From Cetorhinus maximus (taxonomy: Eukaryota): DNA of 64,000 bases. The notes beneath the pieces were generated by a model that was given only the letters and a program-made list of their open reading frames with translations, ran no database searches and was not told where the DNA came from. The position numbers and the translations under genes were made by a program. Numbering within the stretch: position 1 is the first letter of the stretch; each line of letters begins with the position of its first letter. The stretch is taken from NCBI RefSeq assembly GCF_964194155.1, contig NC_135901.1, positions 5,518,001 to 5,582,000 on the forward strand, read 5' to 3'. Below, one piece after another: positions 25,146-37,874 of the stretch.

Positions 25146-26300
25146 CTAGTTGCCCTTGAGAAGGTGGAACTGCAGCAGTCCATGTGGTGTAGGTACACCC
25201 ACAGTGCTGTTAGGAAGGGAGCTCCAGGATTTTGATCCAGCAACTGAAGGAATGGCGATATATTTCCAAGTCAGGATGGTGAGTGGTTTGGAGGCAAACT
25301 TCCAGGGGGTCGTGTTCCCATCTATCTGCTGCCCTTGTCCATCGAGATGTCGTGGGTTCAGAAGGTGCTGTCGAAGGAGCCTTGGTGAGTTCCTGCAGTG
25401 CATCTTGTAGATGGTACACACAGCTGCCTCTGTTTGTTGCTGGTGGAGGGAGTGAATGTTTGTGAATGGGGTGCCAATCAAGTGGGCTAATTTGTCCTGG
25501 ATGGTGTCAACTTTCCTGAGTGTTGTTGGAGCTGCACCCATCCAGGCAAGTGGAGAATATTCCATCACACTCTTGACTTGTGCCTTGTAGATGGTGGACA
25601 GGCTTTGGAGAGTCAGGAGGTGAGTTATTTGCGGCAGAATTCCCAGCCTCTGACCTGCTCTTGGAGCCACAGTATTTATATGGCTGGTCCAGTTCTGTTT
25701 CTGCTCAATGGTAACCCCCAGGATGTTGATAGTGGGGGATTTAGTGAAGGTAATGCCACTGAATGTCAAGGGGTGATGGGTAGATTCTCCCTTGCTGGAG
25801 ATAGTAATTGACTGGCACTTGTGTGTTGCGAATGTTACTTGGCACCTGTCAGTACAAGCCTGGATATTGTCCAGGTCTTGCTGCATTTAGACATGCATCG
25901 CTTCAGTAGCTGAGGAGTCGTGAATGGTGCTGAACATTGTGCAATCACCAGTGAACATCCCCACTTCTGACCTTATGATGGGAGGAAGGTCATTGCTGAA
26001 ACAGCTGAAGATGGTTGGGCCTAGGACAATACCCTGAGGAACTCCTGCAGTAATGTCGTGGAAATGAGGTGATTGACCTCCAACAACCACAACCATCTTC
26101 CGTTGTGCTAGGTATGAATCCAACCATTATAGAGTTTCCCCCCTGATTCCCACTGACTCCAGTGTTGCGAAAGCTCTTTGATGCCACACTTGGTCAAATG
26201 TTGCCTGGCAGTCACTCTCACCTCACCTCGGGAGTTCAGCTCTTTTGTCCATTTTGAACCACAGCTGTAATGAGGTCAGGAGCCGAGTGACCCTGGCATT
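25146..26300 (-). mobile_element. CR1/L2-group LINE RT and C-terminal fragment
   Basis: AGVPQG-VLGPTIF, QQDLDNIQ and IYKAQVKSVMEY; same family as 62677-63158. Confidence 0.85.
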
Positions 26301-26544
26301 AGTGAGAAGGTGTTATTTCTAAGCAAGTGCCACTTGATACAGAAACAGGCCCAATCTCGATGTGGTGATGAAAATTTTTGTTCACAAATTAAGCTTTGAG
26401 TGACACTGTTACAATCCATAATTTTCCATGAATCAGAATGTGCCCCATCAGTGACCACAGGAGCCCAGTGCGATTACTCAGCACTCGGTTGCACTCTGAG
26501 CATGTGCAGTACAAGTGGTGGATGTGGAACATGCTGATCAAGAG

Positions 26545-26670
26545 CCAGTAGGAGATGTCACTGAATTACAGAAAATATCAAATCCAGAAACAGAGCATTC
26601 TGTTCAACCAGTAGGAGATGACACTGAATTACAGAGAATATCGAGTCCAGAAACAGAGCTTTCTGTTCAA
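26545..26670 (+). repeat. 63-bp tandem duplication
   Basis: CCAGTAGGAGATG...TTCTGTTCAA at 26545 and 26608. Confidence 0.85.
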
Positions 26671-27014
26671 CTGACCTGTGCTGGAGTTTATGTTTTGCAT
26701 AGACACATTCAATTTCATCTACCTCAAGTCAGTTTTTCAGCATATCTTTCTTGACACAGGTACCAGCACTGAATTAAAAGCAAAATACTGTGGATACTGG
26801 AAATCTGAAATAAAAACGGAAAGTGATGAAATAACTCAGCAGGTTGTTTCCACCAGTTTGTACCAGCATTGATCTTTGTGAATTTCAACTTCGACCTTTT
26901 TCCAATCTGCCATTGCAGGTGGAGGTGGGGGTGAATTGCACAGATTGCATCATGGAGGAAGGTCCAGACATTCGGGTTTCTACATACTTTAAGTACCTAT
27001 TGTGTGTATTGCGC

Positions 27015-27942
27015 TGTCATGAAAATATAATACTTTTCATAATATTATTTTGATATATTGTAAAGGTTGGTTAATAGTGGAGTTTAGATTAGTTTCTCTG
27101 TGTTGATGTGTGTGGTGGTGGGGGGGTGGGAGGGGGGGCGGGAGAATTTAATGGAATTGGAGACAGCTGGTCTGCAGCTTTTGAATGATCAAAAGGGAAG
27201 CTAGGTTTGAAATGCTAAATACACAAACCTGGCTGAAGTTTTAGAATGTGAGGTGCGAGGAACATTTGCATTTTTATATAAATTAGGTTAGTTTGAACTT
27301 CAAACAGATGGTAAGATGTTACACCTAGCCATAAGAAGCTAAGTCATACAGTGTTTATTTTTCCCAAAGGTTACTGATAATATGAGTACTATGAAAAATT
27401 TATAATAAAGTTAAAAGTAAAGTTTCAAAGAAATATTGGGAATTGGAATTTACATTAAGAGAGAAGCATGTATAAAGGAGATGAGGTTATATGTAAGAGG
27501 GAAGGCATTCTAAGATCTAACACAAGTGTGAAAAGCCTCCAGCCTGTATGCATTTGCTGTCTACAGGAACCGAAGCTAAGAAAATTCACTTTGAATATCA
27601 CTGCCCAAGGTTTTGTGTGCTTTACCAAGGTCTGTTAAACTTATGTTTTGTTTCACTGTTGCCTTAACAGAGGTGTAACTGGGAGCTAGATTAATTAGGG
27701 GAGTTAGGAGTTATTATAATCGTAATTTGTAGACCTATGAATGTGCTTAAAATCTTTTATTCTGTTAATGAATGTTTATTTTAGTTTTAAAAAAACTCTA
27801 ATTGTGGGTGGACTTATTACTACTGAATTCAAGGCACGCATCTCGAGATAAAATACAAATTGCAAAACGGTAGTGGCAGCTGTTTCAGGTTTCGCTCTGT
27901 GATTTGAGCAGCTCGGCATTTACCATCCGCCGTGCCATAACA
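27015..27942. mobile_element. solo LTR (Gypsy-like)
   Basis: TGTCATG...CATAACA termini (short imperfect inverted repeat) flanked by the 4-bp TSD GCGC (27011-27014 and 27943-27946). Confidence 0.7.
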
Positions 27943-27949
27943 GCGCCCA

Positions 27950-28450
27950 GGGTCCCGATCTCGATTGGGAAGCCGATGCATTGAATTTTGTGTTCCCAAG
28001 TCAAGCTATCAATGGCGGATTATTTACCCAGAACAAACCGCGTTGCAGAAAGTCCCCTATCAATGACTATAGGAGTCCAGTGCGCAGGTGCAGTGTGGGT
28101 GTGCGCTCTGAGCATGCTCAGTGACAGTCATGGTGACAGAGAGGAGGAGCGGGCGGTTCGGGAGGCGGGAGGAGATTGTGAGCACAGGGTAGGATTGGAA
28201 ACCGCGGCTGGACTGGGAACTGGAGCAACTTCTGGGGTAGGCCCCAGGCCCCGTGTTTACCCCGCGGTGACAGGCCCGGGGGGGGAGGGAGCGATGGAGC
28301 TGGCGGCTGGACGGGGAGGATTTGGAAACACTTTGTGGATCCGCAAACCCTGAGGAATAATTGTCAGCTCCTGGTTTGCAGCTGCGGGGCTTCTCCCTCC
28401 CGGGAACAGGCCCAGGTTAACGGCCGCCATCCTGGGTCAGCGAGTGGAGG
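27950..28450 (+). promoter_or_regulatory. CpG-rich promoter/first-exon region of ZNF locus 4
   Basis: GC-rich; 28280-28440 is homologous to 11495-11655 and to 63180-63335 (reverse); YY1-like CCGCCATC at about 28424. Confidence 0.6.
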
Positions 28451-29194
28451 ATGGTTCACATCAGAGGATGGGGGAGGAGGGACAAGAAATAAGACTTAAT
28501 TTATAAAAAATAAATAAATTTGGGCTCAAATCAATGAGGATCTGATCTGTGTTTGGGAAACTGTTAACAAATGGCCCCTTGTAAAACATGATCTCCATTT
28601 GTAGAATTTATTAAAAGGATACAGAGAATTATCCAACACTTTATTTAGATTTCAGCCCAGGGAGGGGGGAGAGTGTGTGGGACGGGGATTTGCAGCTTTG
28701 GGGGAACAAGAGAGAAAAAATGTTCCATAGGAACTAAAATTAACTGTTCTTCATTTCTATGCCGTGCTTACAATGAGGACTTTTGAAATCTCTGCTTACA
28801 GGGGCATTAGAAGGGAGAATTTATACACTGGTAACTCAAACAAAACATCACATCAAGATCTAACAGAGTCACTTGATTCATCAGGAGCAGAATATCACCG
28901 GCCTTTGAATGTGGAAGGAGAAATGTTTGCCTGTTCTGACTGTAGAAAAAAAAAAATCACTCATCTATATGACTGGAAAAGCACTGAGACACACTCACCG
29001 GTGAGAGTGTTCCAGTGCACTGACTGTGCAAAGAGCTTTACCTAGTTACACAACCTGAAAAAAAAATTACAGCATTTACCGTGGGATGTTGTGAATTCCA
29101 CGTACACGTGTTTTCTCTGTGTGTGTGTGTGTGTGTGTGTGGACAAGCATTCAACTGATCATCCAATCTGGAGAGATACAAGGGCACCGGCACC

Positions 29195-29780
29195 ACGGAG
29201 AAATCGTGGAAATGTGGGGACTGTGGAACTGGATTCATTTCCCCATCCCAGCTGGAAATTCATTGGCGCATTCACACTGGGGAGAGGCCGTTCACCAGCA
29301 CCGATTGTGGGAAGGGTTTCACGCAGTTATCAAATCTTCTGACACACCAGCGTGTTCACAGTGGCTTGAGGCCGTTCAGCTGTTCCGTGTGCGGGAAGGG
29401 ATTCATGAGCTCATCTAACCTGGGGACCCACCAGCGAGTTCACACTGGGGAGAGGCCATTCACCTGCTCTGTGTGGGAAAGGCTTCACTCAGTCATCTGC
29501 TCTGCTGACACATCAACTTGTTCACAGTGATCAGAGATTGTTTAAATGCTCTGACTGTGAGAAGAGTTTCAAAGGACCAATAAATCTGCTGAAACACCAG
29601 CGAGTTCACACTGGGAAGAGGCTGTTCACCTGCTGTGTGTGGGAAGAGATTCACTCGGTCGCATAACCTGCACAGACACCAGCGAGTTTACACTGGGGAG
29701 AGGCCTTTCAACTGCCCCATCTGTGGGAAGGGATTCACTTTTTCATCTAACTTGAAGAGACACCAGAAATTTCACATATG
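29195..29780 (+). pseudogene. C2H2 zinc-finger pseudogene (locus 4, about 7 finger units)
   Basis: Family start codon mutated to ACG at 29195; frameshifts near 29470 and 29635; acceptor AG at 28800-28801. Confidence 0.85.
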
Positions 29781-29847
29781 ACAACAGGGGTTGGATTCTG
29801 CTGTTATGAATCACATCCAGGTTTCAACTAGGTTCATTCTGATAACT

Positions 29848-31428
29848 GTGGTTGGATTTTCACTTTCTGATGGGGGTGGGAACCGGGACTTGTGCGATTT
29901 GAAAATTACTTTCCCGGTCGGAGGCACTGGATCCGCTGCCTCTGAGACAGTTTGTAATTTTCAAAGTGCCAGTGGAGGGGAGGAAACAGGAAACCCACTC
30001 ACCACCAATTAACGGCACCTTAATCTCATTAAAGAACTTGTTAAGGAGCCTGTCTGGAACAGAATGGGATTTTCAGTCTTTTCTTCTGGATTCTAAATTG
30101 ATTTATGTACAGGTTGTTTGCAATAAATCCCCAATTGTGAATGAAATCATCAGGTTCTACAGGACTGAACATCGGGCAGGAATGAACACTTTAAACGGTC
30201 ATTTTAAAAAGATTTATTAACCATTAAAATGTGGAAAGGTCACAAGTTAGAAAAATAAAAATCAAGTTTCAATTAACAGTAAGAGGAGAATGTTTAACTT
30301 TAACAATTAAACAGACTTCTCACAACCTTCCTCGGTTGATCAGGCTGAAGACATGAAGTGAGGATAACCCTCCGTCATTCGATACACAGATAACATGCTA
30401 ACAAAGTGGCTTCTCGAAATCTTCATTTTTACACTTAAAAGATGCTGTAAGCCCACCTTAGCCAAGTTATTGGAAATGGCTAATTGGTCTATGATTTGTC
30501 AATAATGTGACAAGAGTTAATTCCATTGGTTTTAGCTAATTTGCCACATTGTCTTAAACTTAGGACACTGCCTTCCTTTAAGCTGTGTCTCTCATCTTGA
30601 TGTTTTTTCAGGAGCACATTCATTAAGACAGACTCAACAATCAAGGACAGTGTGTGTTCCTGATAGGGAGCAAGTCCAAGGCTTATCCTATTTCTTTCCC
30701 AGCTGTTACAGCACTTTAATTCTCTCATAAATGCTAATGGACAAATATTGAGATAACATGAAGCTACTTCTAAGCAACTACCAATCATCTGTTGCCCGTC
30801 AGTCACTGCTTCGTAATACTGTTTTGGGAAAGTTTGTTGTAAAAGGTTAAAATCATCAAAATGGCTTCTCATCTCAGTGTTAGCAGAAAATTGTGTTTTG
30901 ACATTGTTAGCTTATTACAATGAATATGACATGAAATGAACCAGAAAATGGTTGGGCTACACTAAAATCAAGTACCCAGGCTTACTTACAGGATGAAGTC
31001 AGATAGTCTGCTGCATGTTAGTGCACAGCTGTTGGAGTTACCATAGGTCAAAAGGAAGTTAATTTTCATCTGGTTTTTGTTTGTAGAATTTGAGGGATAG
31101 ACTTGTTCCGGTTTGAGCGCTGTACCTCGACTTGATGTCCGTGCGCACTTGTATTGTCTTTATTGTCCTGGTCATTTCATGAGCTGCTAGCTCCCCTCGG
31201 CAAAGCAGCAGCAAACCCCAAAATGGCTGCCTTCTGCCTTTGCTGCTGGCATCAGACAGGAAGCTCCTTGCCCCCGGTGCCTCGGTTTGGATGCTGAGCT
31301 CACCTCCTGCCAAAACAGCTTATTTACATTTAAAAATAGTGCTGCAAGAGCGATGCAGTTCAGGTGCAGAGTGCGGACCCGGAATTGATCCAGTGTCAGG
31401 TTCCCAACCCTCTTTGAAAATCCAGCTC
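29848..31428. mobile_element. putative non-autonomous DNA transposon with imperfect TIRs inside the ZNF 3' UTR
   Basis: Left GGTTGGATTTTCA...GGGGTGGGAACC versus right GGTTCCCAACCC...TGAAAATCCAGC; the conserved ZNF 3' UTR stops before it and resumes after it. Confidence 0.55.
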
Positions 31429-31627
31429 TTGGGGGTTTTATTCCTCCTGGTGTTAATAATCCCTGTAACAGGGCTGGAGTTTAATATTCTGGTTAAATGT
31501 CAAATAAATCACTTTGGCGTCAAACACACAGTGTGTGGAGTATTTGTTTACTCCAGGATAAGAGGAGACTAATTGAAATCCTGTTCTCGACTGTTCCATT
31601 TCTGGGCCTTTTCTCTTCTGTTAAAGA

Positions 31628-32055
31628 AAATTTTTTATTTCTGCAGAGCCTTTCATGACATCAGGATGTCCAAAGCATTTTACAGCCAATGAAATTCCTT
31701 TGAAGTGTAGACAATGTTGGAATGTAGGAAATACAGCAGCTAATTTATGCACAGCAAGATCCCATAGACAACAAATTAATAATACCCAGATAATCTGTTT
31801 CAGAGATGTTGATTGAGGGATTAATATTGACCAAGACTCCTGGGAGAAACCCCGGCTCTTTGAAATAGTGTCAATGGATCTCTTACACCCGTCCATTCTG
31901 TCTCAGTGCCATCTATGACAGTCTGTTTCTGACAGTGCAGTGCTCCCTCAGTGGAATGTCAGCCTGAATTTTATGCTCATCTTTCTGGATGTGGATTTGA
32001 ACCCACAACCTCCTGACTCAGACATGAAAATGCAACCACTGAGCCATGACTAACA
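31628..32055 (-). mobile_element. tRNA-headed SINE with Deu-domain-like core (DeuSINE/SacSINE1-like)
   Basis: Minus strand has B-box GGTTCAAATCC and core GGGATCTTGCTGTGCATAAATTAGCTGC...TTCATTGGCTGTAAA; other copies at about 52620-53077, 56705-56950, 57530-57630 and 58655-58870. Confidence 0.7.
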
Positions 32056-32164
32056 CATCGTCACTCTGAATTATTTCAGGACCTAGACCTTTGGTTACTC
32101 TCATGGACAAGTCCCAGCTCCCCATACCTTCCAAAGTGTCTCTCCCAGCCTTGGTAGCAAACAT

Positions 32165-33552
32165 AATCTCACTTTTCTGAAAAGGAGGAAGAGAGAAAAT
32201 GGGGAACTAGAGATCAGTCAGTCTAACATCAGTAATTGACAAAATGTAGGAATCTATCGTGAGGGATGTGGTAACAGGGCATTTAGAAAATCATTAACTG
32301 ATTGAGCAGAGCCAATATGGATTTATGAAAGGGAGATCATGTTTGACAAATCTGTTCAGAGCTTTTTGAAAATGTAATAAGTAAGGAGGATAATGAGGGT
32401 ATCAGTAGATGTTGTGTATTTGGATTTTCAAAAAGCATTTGATAAGGGGCCACACAAGAGGTCATTACACAAAATTCGGTCTGGTGTTTGGGGGGTATCT
32501 GAGCATGGACTGAGGAATGGTTAATGGTCAGAAAATAGAGAGTGGGAATAAACAGGACATTTTTAGGTTGGCAGGCTGTGACTAGCAGGTACCACAAGGA
32601 TCAGTTGTTGTGCCTCAGCCATTTACAATCGATACCAATGACTTAGATAAGGAGACTGAGTGTAATGTATCCAGGTTTTCTAACGATGCAATGTTGGGTG
32701 GGAAAGTAAGTGTTGAGGAGGACACAAAGAGGCTGCAGAGGGATATAGACAGGTTGGGTAAGAACGTGGCAGATGGAATACAACATGGTGAAGTGTGAAG
32801 TTATCCACTTTGGTAGGAAAAATATAAGAAAGAATATTTTTCGAATGGTGAGAGACTGGGAAATATTTACATTCCGAGGGACCTGGCTGTTCTTGTACGT
32901 GAATCACAGAAAATTAACATGCAGGTACAGCAAGCAAATGGTAAATGGTCTGTCAGCTTTTATTACAAAGGGATTGGAGTATAAGAGTAAAGATGTCTTA
33001 CTACAATTACTCAGAGCATTGGTGAGGCATCACCTGGAGTACTGTGTGCGGGTTTAGTCTCCTTACCTAAGGAAGGACACACTTGCCCTAGAGGGAGTGA
33101 AACCAATGTTCACCAGGCTAGTTCCTGGGATGAGGAGATTGTCCCATGAGGAGAGATAGAGCAGACTCGGCCTATATTGAATGGAGTTTGGAAGATTGAG
33201 CGATCTAACTGAAACATTCTTAAATGGCCTGACAGGGTAGATGCTGAGAAAATGTTTCCCATCTGGTGAATTTAGAACACGGGGATCAGTCTCAGAATAA
33301 GGGGTCGACCATTTAGGACTGAGATGAGGAGGAATTTCTTCACTCAGTTGTAAATCTTTGGAACTTTCTATCCCAGGCATCCTTGGCTCCCAGTTATATT
33401 TAAGACTGAGGTCGACAGAGTTTTGGGTACAAGGGGAATTAAGGTTTATGGGGAGTGTGGATCTAAGGTAGAAGATCAACCATGATCATATCGAATAGCA
33501 GAGCAGACTTAATGGGCCAAATGGCCTCTTCCTACTCCTATTTTTTATGTTC
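32165..33552 (+). mobile_element. CR1 LINE RT-to-3'-end fragment
   Basis: GFMKGRSCLTN, DFQKAFD, KCEVIHFGRKN and HLEYCV motifs, plus CR1 3' UTR. Confidence 0.88.
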
Positions 33553-34284
33553 ATTAAACCTCAGTCTGGTTCCCCTCAAGGTGCTGAGTGAGTGAATTAA
33601 ATCTTTCTTCACAAATCACCCGGATACCAGACGACAAGTCAGGCCATGAACATTGTTTATTGTTTACAAATCACAGTGAAATGTGGGCACACAGACCCTT
33701 TCTAGACGTGTCTAAATGTAATCAGAGTTATCCAGCAGTTCAGCACTAATGGGGAGAGCTATTTCACAAAACAAGGAACAAAGACTCCACAGGATATTCA
33801 GTAATTCACCGTAAATCAGCACGAATGGATGCTGAGTATTAATTACAGCAGGGAGCAGAGTCTGAGGTTATCAATTGGTGAGTTTATTTTCAGAGTAATT
33901 CCTTCAATATCTGACAAGTTAACAGTTTTGAACAGCCCATCTCTCAAATAGCTTGAGCCTACTTGTAATTACAAACATTCAGAGCTTACCAAGCTTCATC
34001 CTCGAGTTACAGAACAGACTTTCTCCAGTCAATATAGAGCTGCAGGGTTGCACTATGATCTGCTCATTGTTCATCTTTAGTTCAATACAATTTGAGTGAT
34101 GTACATTGAAAACGAGGTTTGCAGACATGATGATCTAGTCACATGATTGAGAGATGGCGTGGGTACACGCTAAGTCTAAACTGGGCAACTGACATTCAAG
34201 ATCAACCCCAACTTTCAGAATGAACATGATTCAGTCCAGGATGTGATTAACAGCAGCAATAACAGCAGAATCCAACCCCTGTAA

Positions 34285-35322
34285 TCACTTGTGAACTCGC
34301 TGGTGTGTCACTAGGTAGGATAAGCGAGTGAATCCCTTCCCACACTTGGAGCAGGTGAACGACTTCAACCCAGTGTGAACTTGCTGGTGTATCAGCAGGT
34401 TGGATGACTGAGTGAATCCCTTCCCACACTCAGAGCAGGTGAACGGCCTCTCCCCAGTGTGAATTCGCTGGTGTGCAGTGAGATGAAATGATTGCCTGAA
34501 CCCAGTCCCACAGTGAGAGCATCTGAATGGTTTCTCATCAGTGTGAATACGTTGGTGGTATTGCAGATCCCCAGAACTTTTAAAGCACTTTCCACAGTCT
34601 GGACATTTAAATGGTCTCTCGTCAGTGTGAACTCGCTGGTGTCTCAGCAGGTGGGGTTTCTGAGTGAATTTCTTCCCACACTCAGAGCAGGTGAACGGCC
34701 TCTCCCCAGTGTGGGTGCGCTGGTGTGCAGTGAGATGAGATGGTTGCCTGAACCCAGTCCCGCAGTGAAAGCACCTGAACGGTCTCTCATCAGTGTGAAT
34801 ACGTTGATGACATTGTTGATGCCCAGAACTTTTGAAGCACTTCCCACAGTCTGGACATTTAAACGGCCTCTCGTCAGTGTGAACTCGCAGGTGTTTCAGA
34901 AGGCGGGATGATGTCCTGAGCTTCTTCCCACACTGTGAGCAGCTGAATGGTGCATACGCAGTGTGAATGCGCTGGTGCTCCCTCAGTCCATGTGGGTTTT
35001 TAAAGCTCTTTTCACAGTCGGGGCATTTAAACTCTCTCTTGTCAGTGTGAACTTGCTGGTGTTCCAGCAGGTGGGATGAGCGAGTGAATCCTTTTCCACA
35101 CGTGGAGCAGGTGAAAGGCCTCTCCCCAGTGTGAAGTCGCTGGTGTCTCTGAAGGCAGATTAACTGAGTGAATCCCTTCCCACACACGGAGCAGATGAAC
35201 GGCCTCTCCCCAGTGTGACTGCGTCGATGAGTTTCCAGATTAGACGGGGATCTGAATCCCTTCCCACAGTCCCCACATTTCCACGGTTTCTCCCTGGTGT
35301 AAACGGTGCTTTTTGCTTCCAT
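34285..35322 (-). CDS. C2H2 zinc-finger protein, 12 fingers, 345 aa (locus 5)
   Basis: Intact ORF from ATG at 35322, ending HQRVHK*; acceptor at 35426-35427; putative donor G/GTGAGA at 37827; conserved 3' UTR. Confidence 0.9.
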   Translation of the reverse strand: MEAKSTVYTREKPWKCGDCGKGFRSPSNLETHRRSHTGERPFICSVCGKGFTQLICLQRHQRLHTGERPFTCSTCGKGFTRSSHLLEHQQVHTDKREFKCPDCEKSFKNPHGLREHQRIHTAYAPFSCSQCGKKLRTSSRLLKHLRVHTDERPFKCPDCGKCFKSSGHQQCHQRIHTDERPFRCFHCGTGFRQPSHLTAHQRTHTGERPFTCSECGKKFTQKPHLLRHQRVHTDERPFKCPDCGKCFKSSGDLQYHQRIHTDEKPFRCSHCGTGFRQSFHLTAHQRIHTGERPFTCSECGKGFTQSSNLLIHQQVHTGLKSFTCSKCGKGFTRLSYLVTHQRVHK

Positions 35323-35809
35323 GTTCAAAGGCTGATGATCTTCAGGTCCTGATGAATCGATAGACTCTGGCAGATTTTGATCTGATTTTGGTTTGACCTT
35401 CCTGACTGCAAATCCTTCTCATACTCTGTAACGTGAATTTAAAACAGAAACAAAGAAATATGAAAGAGAACCCACAAAAACAGAAAGACAGATTGTGAAA
35501 TTGAGCTGAACGAATCCGGTAATTTGTGGGGCTGACACGAGGAAAATGTGACCATGAAAACTGTCAGATTGTCATAAAAACCCAACTGGTTCACTAACGT
35601 CCTTCAGGGAAGGGAATCTGCCTCCCGGTCTGGGCCTACACGAGATTCTGGCCTCTATGGGAGAAGAGAGAGTGAGAGGTGGAGGAGGGGAAAAGGAGAT
35701 GGATTTCATAGATCTGCAGCTCAACCAGAATTTTGACAGAATCTCCCAAACCCATGACCCCCACCACCTGAAAAGACAAGAGCAGCTGGAGCATGGGGAA
35801 GCCACCAGC

Positions 35810-36095
35810 TCCAAGACACACAGCAGCGAGTTCACACTGGGGACAGGCCGGAAACCTGCTCCATGTGTGAGAAGGGATTTAATCCATCATCCAACTGTCT
35901 GATACACCAGCGAGTTCAGCATTGACTCCAGGGGTTGGATTCTGCTGTTATTGTTGCCGTTGATCACACTCAGTACTGAACCTTGTTCATTCTGATAGTT
36001 TGGGTTTGTTTCTGCTGATGTTAAAAATCACTGTAACTGGACTGAAGGTTTAATATTCTGGAAATTACTTTGTAACCTTTACTCTTCAAATAAAG
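35810..36095 (+). pseudogene. ZNF relic: degenerate last finger plus family 3' UTR (locus 6)
   Basis: CAGCGAGTTCACACTGGG...CACCAGCGAGTTCA followed by GGGGTTGGATTCTGCTG...AATAAA; lies antisense within the inferred intron of locus 5. Confidence 0.75.
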
Positions 36096-36109
36096 TATAT
36101 TTCTTCGGC

Positions 36110-36430
36110 CTACAACAAAGTCATTTACTTGTAATTGTTTTCAATTTAGTTACTGTATTCAGTGCTCATCATGTGGTCTGCTCGACATGGGGAAGATCAA
36201 ACACAGATTGTGTGATCACTTTGGGGAATAACCTCTGTTCAGCCTGTGAGCTTGACCCTGAGCTTCCAGTCACTTGTCATTTTAATTCTCCGCCCCACTC
36301 CTACTCTGACATCTCTGTCCTTGGCCTCCTGAACTGTTCCAATGAAGCTCAATGGGAGCTCTAGGAACAGCAGCTCATCTTTCGATCTGGCATTTTACAA
36401 ACTTCCAGACTCAACATCAAGTTCAGCAGT
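36110..36430 (+). mobile_element. degenerate Penelope GIY-YIG fragment
   Basis: DPELPVTCHFNSPPHS-SDISVLGLLNC, homologous to 39060-39395. Confidence 0.75.
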
Positions 36431-37117
36431 TTCTGCACCAACAGAGAGTTGTCAGGATCTGGAACTCTCTACCTGAAAAGGTGCTGGGACCTGACTCTAG
36501 AAGGAATTTTAAAAGGAAGTTGACAGGGATTTGAGAATGAGGAACATATGGATTACAAACAGAAAGTGGGTGTCTGGGGCTAAACATGATTGCTCTTTCA
36601 AAGAAACAGCACAAGCATAAAGGGTTGAATGGGCTCTTTCTGTGCTGCAAGTTTCTATAATTCTAGAAGTTGGCCGTTTAGTCCCTCGTCCCTGTCAGAT
36701 TTAAATTTAATCTCGCATCAACTGCTGTTTGTGGAACAGAGTTCCTAACTTCTACCTCCCTTTGTGTGTAGAAGTATTTGCTGACTTCACTCCTGGAAGG
36801 TCTGGCTCTCATGTTTACACTATGCCCCCAGAGTCTAGGACTATGACTCTTCTTTGGAACTGACTGAATCTTTGTCTGAATCTGGGGAAGTGAGGTCGAG
36901 CATGGTCTAAAAATTGTAGCCATGTCTTTCACAGTGAAATGAGGAAACAATCGTTGACACAAAGCTTGACAAGTTTGGAGTTTTCTGCCACAAATGACAA
37001 TTCCCTCACCAACATCACTACCCATTCACTCCACCTTCCCCTCTCAAGATGACAATAGGCAGTTGCCTGCATAAGGCAGGCCTCTTACCAGGGTTTCCAG
37101 TCCTGCACGCACCATGT

Positions 37118-37462
37118 GTTTTTTTATTCTATGATGGGATGTGGGCATTGCCCATCCCTAAATAGCCCTGGAGCTGTGTGGCTTGCTGGGCCGTTTCAGA
37201 GTGAACCACATCACTGTGGGTCTGGAGTCACATGTAGGCCGGACTTGGTAAGGACGGCAGATTTCCTTCCCTAAAGGGACATTAGTGAACCAGATGGGTT
37301 TTACGATAATTTGATAGTTTTATAAATTATTAACTGACTCTTGGAGTCCAGGTATCATTCAGGTAAAACTGTGCTGCACTCACAAGGACAATAACCCATA
37401 GTCCGATGTTGGGACTTGAACCCATGTCCCGAGCCCAGTGGCATTACCACTGGGGTACCGTC
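37118..37462 (-). mobile_element. tRNA-derived SINE (same family as 25-392)
   Basis: Shared body GAGTCACATGTAGGCC...TTCCCTAAAGG...GTGAACCAGATGG and a B-box-like GGGTTCAAGTCCC on the minus strand. Confidence 0.7.
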
Positions 37463-37806
37463 TCCCCGCCCTCCAAGCTCGCGCGCGGTTTCCAGGCTCC
37501 CCCCGGTTCACAATCTGCACCCGCCCTCCGAGCTCGCGCGCGGTTTCCAGGCTCCCCCGATTCACAATCTCCACCCGCCCTCCGAGCTCGCGCGCGGTGT
37601 CCAGGCTCCCCCCCGGTTCACAATCTCCACCCGCCCTCCGAGCTCGCGCGTGGTTTCCAGGCTCACCCCCGGTTCACAATCTCCACCCGCCCTCCGAGCT
37701 CGCGAGTGGTTTCCAGGCTCCCCCCCCCGGTTCACAATCTCTACCAGGCCTCCGAGCTCGTGCGTGGTTTCCAGTTTCCAGGCTCCCCCCCGGTTCACAA
37801 TCTCCA
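37463..37806. repeat. CpG-rich minisatellite, about 55-bp unit, about 6 copies
   Basis: Unit CCACCCGCCCTCCGAGCTCGCGCGCGGTTTCCAGGCTCCCCCCGGTTCACAATCT; CACAATCT recurs at 37509, 37563, 37619, 37675, 37733 and 37796. Confidence 0.92.
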
Positions 37807-37874
37807 GCCGCCGGCTTCATTTCTCACCCTTCGTGATCTCAACTCGACCGCTCCTTCTTCCAGCTCCGGTTCTA

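Noticed and set aside
37463-37806. CRISPR-like periodicity
   Set aside because: Units are wholly repeated with no unique spacers, and the context is eukaryotic.
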